From Adineta vaga (Eukaryota; Animalia; Rotifera), in assembly GCA_021613535.1 (NCBI GenBank), contig CP075493.1, positions 15,562,001 to 15,626,000 of the forward strand: 64,000 nt of DNA, given 5' to 3'. Shown one piece after another: positions 24,507-37,136 of the stretch; positions within the stretch are counted from its first letter, which is position 1, and each line of letters opens with the position of its first letter. Position numbers and translations under genes: made by a program. The notes under the pieces are model-generated. The model was given only the letters and a program-made list of their open reading frames with translations. It ran no database searches and was not told where the DNA came from.

Positions 24507-26199
24507 ATGGAATATACACTATCAGCTACGACATTACGAGATGATCAATCTATAAGTCGAGGTAAAATACAACTTGAAAAAATCAAAGCAAAAGAAATAT
24601 CACCAGTAACACTCATTCGTATGGAACAATTAGTACCAAATGAAACACCGATAGAGAATAGTATTGGTAAGCATGAAGATCAATTGTGAGTTTTGTTTTT
24701 GTTAAATGTTCATTCGTTAGATGAGGAACCTGATTCTTTAAAATATATTCTTCGTCAACGACATGGCATTCATAGAGAAAATTCGAATTTATCCGAAAGA
24801 ATAAAACGATTCTATGAAAATCAAGATGATCTTATTAAAAGTTATGAACAGACTGAAAAACGAGCAAATAATGATAAAGAAGAACAAAAAAAGAATGAAA
24901 ATTCAAGTAAAAAAATAAAGAAAATGACATCTATTATGTCTCGAGTATCACTCGCTGTGAACATCGTGAGTAATTTATCAATAAATTCAATATTTTTCAT
25001 ATGAAATTTTTTCAGACATTGTTTATAATCAAAATCATTGCTGCAATATTATCGAAATCACTTTCAGTTGCTTCAACTGTAGTTGATTCAGCTGTCGATT
25101 TAGCGTCTTCTGTAATTCTCTTTTGGGCATCTCATGCTGTCAAAAAACGAGACATTTATTTATATCCACAAGGTTAAATTCTTTTAGACTTGAACGCCAT
25201 AGCAATCTTTAGTATGAATTACTTTTGATTTGAATAGGTCGTACACGTTTGGAACCAATTGCTATAATTATTCTATCGGTAATTATGTGTTCGGCATCGG
25301 TAATGGTTATTTATAATTCAATTGATACAATCGTTAATGATGTCGCATATTTTGTGGAAACGAATACAACAAAAACTCTCTCTGAAATTGATATGAGTGT
25401 ATTTCCAATGACAGTTATGGGTGTAACAGTGGTTAGTAAAGCTATTTTGTTCATACTATGTTATCGTGTGAAAAGTCCAATAATGTCTGCTTTGGCAGAA
25501 GATCATAGGAATGATGTTGCTTCGAATATAATTGCACTTGGTTGTGGTTTAGTTGGTAAGCATAAGAACTCTTTTCTTTTTTTATCAACTTTCGCATAAA
25601 CCTTTACTCATCCTATAGGTTCCTATGCTTATCAGAATAGCATCGATCAACGAGCTATTGTTGTCGATCCAACTGGTGCCATACTCATTTCTATATATAT
25701 TATTATATCATGGATTCGTCAAGCTAATCGTAAATTATTTGTTACTATTGATGTATCTATAATCTCTTTTATTTCGAAGGTCAAATCAAATGTTTGACTG
25801 GATATACAGCTAAACCTCAATTTCTATCGCAAATTATTGTGAATATCATATTTTACTTCAAAAGAATTCTATTTTCTTTCTCATTTAATTTAGTGGTTAA
25901 CATATCATCATTCACCTTTGATTGAAAAGATCGATACAGTTCGTGCATTTCATTTTGGTATTTCATTACTCGTTGAAGTTGACATTGTCTTGCCTGAAAC
26001 GATGTTACTCAAAGAAGCACATGATATTGCCGAAGAATTGCAACAGAAAATTGAACGATTACCAGAAGTTGAACGAGTATGTTTTCGACTTTTTTAATGT
26101 TTTTTTTTTTTCATTTATTTATTTATTCATTCATAGGCATTCGTTCACGTCGATTATGAATGTCGACACAAACCAAGCGATGAACATAAAATGGTCTAA
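24507..26199 (+). CDS. cation diffusion facilitator, Mn-CDF (MTP8-11-like) metal transporter, multi-exon
   Basis: Spliced reading gives VVDSAVDL (TM2 DxxxD), YPQG-RTRLEPIAII, ALAEDHRNDV (TM5 DxxxD) and IDTVRAFHFG...VEVDIVLP...[29 protein letters not shown]. Confidence 0.88.
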
Positions 26200-26268
26200 A
26201 TTAAATTCACTAAATTTTCTTTTTTATTAGCACTTTCGAATTCATTTAAAAAAAATTTGAAAAGTAAT

Positions 26269-26343
26269 TGGTAGTAGTGGGATTTGAACCCACGAAAGAG
26301 CAGTGCTTAAAACTGCCGCCATAGACCGCTCGGCCATACTACC
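26269..26343 (-). tRNA. tRNA-Leu(TAA) with a short (6-nt) variable loop
   Basis: GGTAGTA/TACTACC acceptor stem, A73, D-arm GCC-GAGCGGTCTAT-GGC, anticodon arm GCAGT-TTTAAGC-ACTGC, V-loop TCTTTC, T-arm GTGGG-TTCAAAT-CCCAC, downstream T-run. Confidence 0.75.
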
Positions 26344-26503
26344 GAAAAATAAATTGACAAATATAATTTCCATTCAGAACATACTCACTTATGCAATATG
26401 TCTTAGCTATTGCATCATACATCAAGAAAACAGTATGAATGTGACGTCATTTTTTCGTTCTTTTTTACAAAAAATGAATCTCTATGTTATGTCGTTATTA
26501 ATT

Positions 26504-26862
26504 TTATAAAGATAAATAAGATTTGAGATGGATGATCCATTTGTTTTTCTTCTCATCAAAATCACATAAACGAATGTAGAACGAGAATGATGGTTTAATT
26601 AATTGTTCTTCTTCGTCATAATTCGAATAAGGAGCTACATCATATCCATCATATTCACTAATTTCAATAATAAAAAGTACGTTTCCAAATTGTTCAGCTT
26701 TTTTTCGATTTCGACTTGTTGATGTAAATGCAGGAAATAGAAATAATTCATCTTTATGTGCACTTTTTTGATGATAATGTTCAATTAATTTATCGGACAA
26801 TTGTGCTCCTCGATAAACATAGATTTTTTTATTTTTATCCCCACCACTCGGTATAAATAAAA
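26504..26862 (-). pseudogene. 5'-truncated ADP-ribosyltransferase fragment
   Basis: VYRGAQL, FTSTS and EEEQLI motifs present. No natural start: the ORF's N-terminal HPHPHPH is translated hairpin DNA, and the IDE stop lies ~140 bp upstream. Confidence 0.65.
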
Positions 26863-26918
26863 GAGGGTGTGGGTGAGGGTGTGGGTGAAGGAACAAGTAT
26901 TACCCACGCCCTCACCCT
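26863..26918. repeat. telomere-like inverted hairpin element
   Basis: gagggtgtgggtgagggtgtgggtg-aaggaacaagtatta-cccacgccctcaccct. Confidence 0.8.
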
Positions 26919-26998
26919 TTTCTTTTTCTTCATATGACAAGTTATGACGAAGAGAAATGATTTTTATTTCTTGAATTAAACAAAACGGTTTATTAGGA

Positions 26999-29900
26999 TT
27001 ATAATTTATAAAGAATAGGTATATGGATCTCTTCATATGGTTGCGCAAGTGGATAACAAGACAATTGACTTTTCCATACAAGAATATTTTCTATCCATTG
27101 AATCTAAGAAGAAAAACATAAGTGATTTTATTGAAAAATTCAAGAGAATTTTACCTTTGGTAGATTTAATTCTCTTTGGTTTTCTGTTTCAATGATTTCT
27201 ACCGATGAAATTATTCTATCTCCTTTACTCAACGAAGATGGTCGAACAAAAACCATTAATTTTCGACGTAAAAGTGAACGTGGTGAAATATAATGATCAT
27301 AGAATTGAATTAAATCATTACGTTCAAATGTTTTAACAATTTCACTTTCAAGTTGAGCTTAAAAAAAATAACGAGGAGAAATTCTTTCGTTTTGTTTTCG
27401 TCAATAACTTACGTCTATTAAAACAGAATTGATGAGAAGTAATTTCACCCCAAAATTCATCTCCTTGATCTTCCATACTTTTTGGTATTTCAGTCGATTT
27501 GATAATAAAAGCATCACGTTGCTTTCGAAATTCATCATCAGACATTTGTTCAATGTATTCCTATATAGATTTAAGATTGATATTCAATAATTCTACATTC
27601 TTTTCATATACATACTCGAATAGAATCGAGAAATAATTCAATTCGTTGATTTAAATAATCTAATTCACTAGTTGATTGTATAATTATTTGAATACCTTGT
27701 GCACCATAGATACGATAAACACCAGACTGAACAATATATCCCAATTGTTCTTTCGTACGTAATTGATTGAAACATGCTTCATGAATAAGATGAGAAAAAA
27801 GATTAATTAATGCATTATTTTCTAAATTTTGTTGAAAACATTGAAGAAAGATATGAATAGCATTAGTACAAGATCCATCATTGAGCATCGTATACGCAAA
27901 ATTACAACCTATAGAATATTAACAAAAATTATCTTTTGTTTTAGTTTGTTCGCACATGAAGAATTTCACCTTCGGGCAACATAAGATGTCGTTGAGTAAA
28001 CCACATATTGGGAAATAGTGGTTGAAATAGATGATTTTTATGAAATTTTTCTTGAAAAATCCTCATATAATCGATGGCTTGCTAAATAAACGATACAAAC
28101 ATCGGACGATATGATTAAACATCATTCAGAATGACACCTTACACTTTTAGTCAAATTCCCATACATAAATGAGTCAACATAAAACCGAGTAAATAGACAT
28201 TGCTTAAATATTTCCATATCATGTGATGTGATTTCTAGAAGAAAATCGCTGATGAATCAACTCGCATCTTTTTCTTAACTATATTTACCATCAACACAAC
28301 TTAATAATTCATCATTATTCCATTGATATTCCGCTGTTAAGTAATTAATACCACATTTTGCCATTGAATACGATTCTTGAGTATGAAAATTTTTTAAATT
28401 TTGTTTTCTCTATTATATTCAGAAAACAATTTCAGTTAATAAGAATAAAATCATACTTACAAGTTCTCGAAAAATTTCAAATCGTTGTTGATCTATTTTA
28501 AAATTCATCATACGATCAATGATTTTTTCAAATAATATACAAGTTTTATGATTATATCCATTAATACTTAACTAAATAGTCGAAATTTCGAATGAATGTC
28601 TTTGCTAAAATATAAATATACCTCAATGCCATATAATGATGTTGAAAGATTGTATTTGAGACCAGCAAGTCGTGCTGGATAAGTAAGATCAGAAAGTGAA
28701 TCTTTGACTAATTCAACATAAATTGAATTCATATTTCGATGAATTGGATCGATATTAACTAAAGAACTTTATGAAACAAAGAAAAACATTTTGTTTAGAT
28801 GAAATAGAAATAATCTACTTGGATAAATTAAAATAAAGAAATACTTTTGGTAATTTATAAAATCGATCTTCAGCATAATAAAGTCGAAAATATTCATTCT
28901 CCTATAATAAAAACAAATGTTAGACTATGAGAACATCTAACATTTTCTCACTTGGATTTTTATTGGTAATTGTGGACATTTTATTGTTATATTCTTTATT
29001 AAATTTAAAAAATTCAATAATCTTTTTAGATAATGATTCAATTATACTTACTTGATCATTATGATACAATTCGAAGTTCGTTGGTATGAAATCATTGGGT
29101 AATGGTAAATAAAAATCATCAATATTGATATTTGTTTCACATTTCTACAAAGAACATTTTCTTTCAATTCTATTCTAGAATAGTTTATTTACTTTAATCA
29201 AATCATCAGATAAATCTTCTTGTTTATATTTTATTCCATACCATTTTTCTTTTTCAGTTGCTATTGTTGTAAACTCTTTACCAAAGAGAAATATCCTAAA
29301 TAATATACTGAGAATAACAGATTAATTCATCGTATAATCTATACTTCATTTTGCTCGGTATTAGATATTCATTGAGCAGATGGCAAATGAGATCCGGTCG
29401 AAATTCTCGTAAATCATAACCACCAAAAAGACAATCAGTTAATGGATAATCCTAAATAGATATGAACGCAACTGTCTATAAATTTCAGTAACTTTATAGT
29501 AAATAATATACTCGTATTTCACTAGCTAAATTTTTAACAAAAGCGTAAGGCGATTCTTTTTCAGCAAATTGAAAATTCATCATTCGCATATTCTATAAAT
29601 ATTGAAAAGATTTAATCATCAATAATTTTATTTTCTTTATTTTACTTTTCGTTCATCGAAAATCCGTTTTTGTGGTCCTTCCTTACGTAGCATTGCCATA
29701 TATTGATAGATAATAACAATAATTTCATCCCATCGTTCTATAGACAAGATTCAAAAGAATTTTTTCACAAAATAAATTTGATTTACTTAATCCTTCAATA
29801 GTTAATTCTACTTCAATGGTAAAGAAGTTAAAACCAGGTGCATACTGTGTTCTACTATAAGATAGAAGTCGCGAAGCGAAACCTCGTTTTTTTACATGGG

Positions 29901-31092
29901 AAAATAGTGAGCCTTTGCCCTGATGGCTCATCAAAAATGAGAGATACAATCCTGGCTAAAATAAAATTAAAATAATCTTCAAATTTTCGAAAATGTTCTA
30001 TACATTGCAATAATAAAGCTCATGATAATCTGGGATTACCCAGTTGATACTCATGAGACGAAATTCAGCAATGGGTTCTACATAACAAATCTTCAAAATA
30101 GAAAGTCGACATTGAAAGAAGAACTATGAAAAGAAGAAATAACCTTTCGTGTTGTTGGACCATATGGATCGGCTGAATATTTCTGTGCTATTAATTGTTT
30201 ATTGGGAATTGTTTTGAAACTATTAACAACAAATGATTGAAGTTCATCAAGAGAATCTAAAATTATTTTGAATAAAATGAGAAAATTGAAATTTTTCTTC
30301 CTACGTACGATTACTCAATACAACTAGACTCATACGATTAGCTGAATAATGTTTTTCATAAAAATCAATTAAAACTTGTCGAATATCGATTCCCATTTGT
30401 TTAGGTACTGTTTGTAATGATTCAATATTTCCAGTAGTAAATCTTGAAAAGGGATGTTCAGGATCTGATGTGAATTTTTCTATTTGAATAATTCGTCGGT
30501 AATCTAAAGATAAATTTTTTTCGAATTCGGAATGAACCGCTTGTACTTCACGATCGATTGATGATGAAGAAAACAAAGGTGAAATGAAAAATTGAGCAAA
30601 TCTAAATTAATCTGAAAGTGAATTGAAAATAACGAAAAAAAACGATATACATATCGAGTACATCAGCTAATGCATTTGGATTAATATCAAAATGATAATT
30701 CGTTTCTCTAGCATCTGTAAATGCATTGGAATTGCCACCATTACTTTCGATAAATTTCTTAAATTCATTTTCATTTGGATACTACAAAATACAATCGATT
30801 TTTATTTGTTTCTTTTTGGGAAAATCATTCGATACTATACTTTCGTACTACCCATGAAAAGCATATGTTCTACAAAATGAGCAACACCAGGAATATCTTT
30901 TCGATCAGCCAAAACACCAACACTTACACTAATAGCAACAGCTGCTTTATCAAGACTTTCATGATTCACCAATACACATAGCATACCATTCGAAAGTTCC
31001 AATCCACGATAATTCCATTTATCAATATCACTCTTTTTGATTCTATCAACAATACGTACTATTGGTGAATCAGATAATGATAACGATTCCAT
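26999..31092 (-). CDS. IDE: insulin-degrading enzyme (insulysin, peptidase M16A), many short introns
   Basis: GVAHFVEHMLFMGSTK inverted zincin HxxEH, DREVQAVHSEF, HPFSRFTTGN, FNQLRTKEQLGYIV; last exon IQWIENILVWKSQLSCYPLAQP...YKL*. Confidence 0.9.
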
Positions 31093-31563
31093 TTTAGAAT
31101 CTAATAATATAGAACGTAGATTTTAAATTAAATTAATTAATTAACATATTGTTTATTCAAGAAAGTCAAAATGATCAAAATTGAAGAATTAACTAAAATC
31201 ATTCTGTTTGAATGTGCCTAACAATTTAAGTTAAGTTAACAAATACTCACTCGGTTTTTTCCGTTTTTAGTATCAAGTAATAATATTCTTTTCTTATGAA
31301 GAAAAAGAGATGTAGTTTGATATTGAAATAATATCATTGTTCTTTATATAACATTCGACAAGAGAATCAGATAAAGATTTGTTTTTTGCATTTATTATTG
31401 TGAAGGAAAGGGAAAAAAAATGAAAACTCTTAGTTATGTTTCAAGATTAAAACGTCATTAAATGACACATCACCTTGTAAACTATGTTCTTTTTATAATA
31501 AGAAAGAAGAGTATGTAGCTGTGAATTGTGAGGTTATCTTCAATCGTGTCTTCAAAAAGTAAT

Positions 31564-31638
31564 TGGTAGTAGTAGGATTCGAACCCACGAAAGAACAGTG
31601 CTTGAAACTGCCGCCATAGACCGCTCGGCCATACTACC
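31564..31638 (-). tRNA. tRNA-Leu(CAA) with a short (6-nt) variable loop
   Basis: GGTAGTATGGCCGAGCGGTCTATGGCGGCAGTTTCAAGCACTGTTCTTTCGTGGGTTCGAATCCTACTACTACCA; all four stems pair; TTTTT terminator 6 nt downstream. Confidence 0.78.
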
Positions 31639-31831
31639 GAAAGATGTAGTGAGAACATAAGATTCTGTTCTCTTAGAAAAACATTCTTCATAGAATCGAT
31701 TGTTCATCAAGTGAAAAACAATAGATTTCAATTCCATGAGATATAACCTTAAATTCATCATAGATTGACATTATTATCATTTACCGATCATCGTTTCGAA
31801 CAGATACACTTCGCTCGTTATGACGCATTAT

Positions 31832-31876
31832 AGGGTGTGGGTATTCTTTTCATTACACACCCACACCCGCACCCTC
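31832..31876. repeat. telomere-like inverted hairpin element at the edge of tRNA module B
   Basis: agggtgtgggt-attcttttcatta-cacacccacacccgcaccctc. Confidence 0.75.
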
Positions 31877-32120
31877 GTATCTGACTACTCACAAAGAGTA
31901 GACTTTTGTTTTTATTCTATTTATATCGATTCTGAAAGAATGGAAAATATTTCTTTCATATTTTTATATACATATCTGTTTTGTAAGAAACTAAAGAAAA
32001 GAAAATCCGAAAAAGACTTCTTTTCTTAGTAACTCAAGTGATACTAAATCATACGAAATTGAAAATAGGCTTGATGCTATTGGCGTTATCAGAGATAAGC
32101 TGTGGGGGAGGGAATCGATC

Positions 32121-32170
32121 TGAGGGTATGGTTTAAAAGGAAATGCTTACACCCACATCCGCACCGTCAA
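32121..32170. repeat. telomere-like inverted hairpin element (degenerate)
   Basis: tgagggtatggt-ttaaaaggaaatgctta-cacccacatccgcaccgtcaa. Confidence 0.6.
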
Positions 32171-32347
32171 AATGAAAGAACAGAAAAACAAGTTTTATTA
32201 TATGATCCATTTATTAGTTGGTTTTTCCTTCCATAGATACATAGTATGTGATGAATTATGTAAATTTGAACAGTTGTTAATAAAAATATTTGAAAATCTA
32301 TAGTAGATAGCGCCAATACTGTTTCATTTTATGATCCACATCTCCCA

Positions 32348-35300
32348 TCAGAATTTTCTGGGTCCACCACTACCACTATGCTAAAAACAAATCAATAGTT
32401 TTCGTTGTTTTTATATAAATATAATTTTTCTTTCATAATCCTTTGTATAAAAAAATTATTTTCGAAGAAATGTTCGTTGAAAACATGTTTATTCTCACTT
32501 GTATTTTTTCATTGTAATGCTCCTTCCTTTCTTTTGAATTTTCTCGTAACTGAAAAATAAAGACAAAATGCCAGTATTCGATGTTATTGATTGCAAAATA
32601 ACTTTACTTTATTGTATGCATTTTGAAGTTCATTAAATCTTCGTTGTTGACTTTCATATTGCTCTCGAGTATTCTAAAATATGATGAAAATCATGAAAAC
32701 TGACGAAGAAGATAAGAAAGATTTGTACTGTGAGTTCATGTTTGCAACGATTTTGTTCCTCTAATACACGTTGAAGATCATCTTGTAGTTGTTCGATTCG
32801 AACACTATATCTTTGAAGTTTTTCTTCTTTATTCTGTATATTGATAAACATTAGATGACATAAATACAGATATCAAATGATTTTACTTCAATAATACTTT
32901 TCAATTCTCTGATGTTCCTTGGTTCTTTCCTTCTTTCCTAGAAAGAAAAAAAGAAATGAATCATTATGCATAATGATAGCTTCTCATAAAGACAGTATTC
33001 GAGAGATTTTGAATTTTATCTCTATGACGAGTACCGATTCATCCACAGAATGATTCTATTTTAATCCATAGTGAATTTATATAGCTTTTCGATTAAATAT
33101 ATACTATTTCTTCATATTTTGCGTGTAAATCATCATACTGTTGCTGGTATTTTTTATTTAAATTTCTTCGATATTGTTCATAACGTTCTTTCGAAATCTA
33201 AATCGTGAATTTGTAGATTCAATGTTTGAATTTTCTAAATATCTCATTGACAAAATCTTCAATTAAACAATCAACAAAGATATAATATACATTCGCATAT
33301 CGACTATGATCAATTCTTTTGAGTTGATTATTTTCATCTGCCAGTTTTTTCACGCGACGTTCACTCGCTTCAACCTATGAAAACTCAATCAACAATACTT
33401 GAATTTTTAAACTGTTTATATCTTCTTCAAGTTCCCTGATTCTTAATTGATACTTTTGACTAAAAGCACGTTCAAGATTAGTTTCATGAATTTTATATTC
33501 CTGAATAATATATAATCGATTCGTTATACATACACAAATTTCAGCATCTTTTTCTAGTAATTTTTTTTGACACTAAAATTGGCATTTGATTCCGAGAAAC
33601 TCTCAATAAAGAAATAATTTTCCATACGTACATCATCATATTTTTGTACTAATTCTGTAATATGATTCGATATATGAGAGATATTCTCTGTATCATGTCG
33701 AAGTTGTTCAGTTGTGTGATTAACAACAGTTATCGAATCCTGTATAAGAGAAACGGTTTCTACTCATTCAACAGACAGAAGATCGAAATATCATACTTCA
33801 GGTTTTGGATCATATGAAACAACCTAAAACAGGAAATTGTTCAAATAGTTTAGTTCAATCTTTAAATTAAAAAAATTCAAACCGATATTGAACTTGTTCG
33901 TATCAATGACTAACAGATAATTGCAAAATAAAAACATGTTTTTTTAGTTATGTTCTTGTATCTGTTTCCTATCATACCTGATCATGTGATTGAAAACGAC
34001 CTAATAAATCATTAAGGTTAGCAATTTGTGTCCGTAAATGTTGTTCCGTGCATCGGAGTGCTTCACATTCTTTTTGTAGTTGCTAAAATTTTATCATAAA
34101 TAACTCTTCAATCATAGAAAAGATACAAACATTGACATTTAAACTGTTTTATCCTTGCTATAAATACAAAAGAAAATCAAAATGAAACGAAATGATTTGA
34201 TATACAAATCATAAGATAAAAAAGCGAATTTGCGCTCGTAATGGTTAAAATGAAGCGTCTTTTCTCGTATAAATCAACACTTCTCTTATTCGCTCATTTA
34301 TGCAAGTGATTAATTTTAGGCAAGTTTTAAGATGAAATAAAATATTCACTTTACCTCATGTTGATATGTATCGTAATTCGATGATGAACATGATCGATGT
34401 TTATGAATATTCTAAGCGAAATTCTTTGAGATAAAATAAAGTGAAAGACAATTTTTTCAATCATACAGCAACTTGCTTATCAAAATCGTCTTTTAAACGT
34501 CGTAATGTATTATCTGCTCTAGTTTTGTGTTCATCATATTTTTTCAATTCTGCTTGATGTTCTTCATTGATTTGTTTTAATTTCTTAATAAATATTGAAT
34601 AAAAAAGAATGTTATTGATGACAGGTTAATTTTCGTTTTGTATCTTGCTTTTTTTAATGAATCTATTTCATTTTGAAGTTGTCTTTCACGTTCGTCGAAT
34701 TGTACAGTAGAAATATTAACTGGTGTTGTTGAACGTATATGTGAGAAGCTAGATGGAGTCGGTACTTTATTATTGGTATCATCAAGTGTTCGGCGAAGTT
34801 TGATATTTTCTTCATTACATATTGCAAGTGCAGCTTTCAATTCACGAAGTTCTTCATTGTCAACAGTAGTTTGATTATCGGATGTTTTTGTTGACGATGA
34901 CACGTGACTTGAAAAGTAGAAACAATGACAAATAAAGAATAGAGAACGAAGATCTTTCTTTGCAAATAAGCTGTAGAACAGATGAAAAAAAAATACTCGG
35001 TATCGTTAATGATTGAAGTTAGAAGTGTTTTTGTAAGTATTGTCGAACAATAGTTGTATTTCACATACAAAGTCATCTTTGATTTCTTCATAAAATGTTT
35101 CTCAACGGAAAACTTTCTCCTACAAATTCAATTATTTGATATCATGTCAGCATCAACATATTCCACTTCATCATCACTAGAATTTCGAATCTCACTTGAT
35201 TGTGTTGTACCCATTAACGAACAAAATAAGTTGAACACTTTCGACTGTCTTTCATCTCTCTCTCTCTTATGTCATCTAGTTGATCTTTCATTCATTTTTC

Positions 35301-36859
35301 TCTCCTGCTTCTTTTACTTCTACGATTTCTCTATTCTATTCAACTAAGTTACCAGAACAAAGACAAAGAGAGAAAAAGTGAGAAAGGCTATAATCACCAA
35401 CTCGATCAACAATTTATTTCATTCCATTAAAAGTTGATAGACTTGATATCTGACAAACTAAACGCAGACATACCAAGTGGGTGATAATATATTCAAGTCA
35501 TGGCGGTCACTTTGTTCTTCCAGAAACAAAATACGTAATTTCAAATTGAAATTTTCACGTCGAAGCTCTTGAACTTCCTAAAAATCAATAAAATCATTAA
35601 TATTTAAAATCATTGAAAAACCAAAAAAATTGTCTATCTTTATCACTTCCTATTTTTCTCCTTCAAATACATAGTCTTTTGTCAACTAAGATTATGATAT
35701 TAGTTTAACAACTGATCATAAGAAAAATGATTAGAAAACAAAACATTTACTGTATTAATTTCACCCATTGTTCTTGATGTCATAGGAGAATTAAGTTGAG
35801 GTTGTTGACTTCTTCCTTTTGGAGTTTCTAAAGAAAAAAAATATTCATTTTAGTTTTATTGTAAATCAATACTTATCTTCTCCAGATTCGCGTGTTGAGT
35901 CCGAAGTGATTTTGTCAAAAATTTAAATTTAACAGAAATCGTGAAAAATTTATAAACGGTTATAAATATTTATAAATCCGTCTGGTTTATAAATATATAT
36001 AAATATTTCTTAATTCGATGGATTTATAAATTAGTTTTGGATTTATAAATATAGTCTCGATGTTCGTAAATTGCGCATCAGATGTTCAGAATCTAACACT
36101 AAAACTGAAAATTTGTGTAACAAAACTTTTGCCAGAATTCCCCGCTATAAATTTACTTAGAATATCAGTTTTGTTTTTCTGCTATCTATGCCAATATAAA
36201 AGTCAACTTACACAATAATTCGATTTCAAGTTTATAAATCAAAAAACCGATTTATAAATGCCTAACGTGTTTATAAATGCTTTAAATTGCAGAGTCAAAA
36301 ATTTACGATTTATAAATCGATTTATTTATATCGGTTTATAAACCTCCCTGTTTCGGACTCATCAATGTTGTTGATATTCGATAGTATTCAATGAGATATC
36401 TCTAAAAAATGAATATCAGAGCTATAAAACAACATATTTCTATTTAATAAAAACTATCAAAGGACAATCGTCACTGTGTCGATGATTATCTGAGATTATT
36501 AATACATTGTATAAATCTGTTAATTAAATTAGATGGCACGTATATTTTCCTCATTTCATTGATTTACGGCTGATTAAAAAATATTAGGAAAATTTTACCA
36601 TCTAAGTAGTCACTTTCATTCTGAATAGAAAAGTTCTCTGTCGGTTTATTTAATACGCTGGGGCATAGAATTGACACAATTGTTACTCGACGAAGGAAAG
36701 GAAAATGTGTTCTTTTTTTTCTTTAACGCTCTTTCACTTTTACACAATAAACGATCTTCAGATTTGCTGGACTTGCAAGTACCATAACTAAAACTGAAAT
36801 ATTTTAGTGGAGAAATCTTACCTGTACGCTGATTTATATCTTCTTATTTGTGTCTTCAT
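32348..36859 (-). CDS. multi-exon coiled-coil protein of unknown family (5' extent and integrity uncertain)
   Basis: Many short exons with GT-AG introns and heptad-like segments (EELRELKAALAICNEENIKLRRTL; EEKLQRYSVRIEQLQDDLQRVLEEQ); last exon HSGSGGPRKF*. Confidence 0.5.
35896..36361. mobile_element. non-autonomous DNA-transposon-like insertion rich in TTTATAAA motifs
   Basis: Many TTTATAAA copies; right end reads cagggaggtttataaaccg on the minus strand; bracketed by the 10-bp inverted pair tgagtccgaa/ttcggactca. Confidence 0.4.
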
Positions 36860-37136
36860 GTGTCTTGTATGTATCATAGTTGTCGTTATCTATTTGTTCT
36901 CTGTCTCTCTCTGTTTATTTAATGATTAAACTTTTTCACACATGTCTTTTTTTATTGTGAATAAAACATTCATATAGTCACGAGTAGTGTCGACAACTGC
37001 TGCTGTTCTCTCTCACTCTCTTCTTCTTTGACATCATTACCATTGCGTCTCTTAACATCATATATGGTAGGAATATAAAGTTTGATTTATTCTGTCTAGT
37101 TTTATATTTAAGATAGAAATAAGAGTTAATAATAGT

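Larger units (their letters stand above)
31250..31876. repeat. dispersed tRNA-bearing module, copy B
   Basis: Shares several hundred bp of flank with 42220-42745 and 49240-49890; ~100-bp internal deletion relative to them. Confidence 0.85.
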
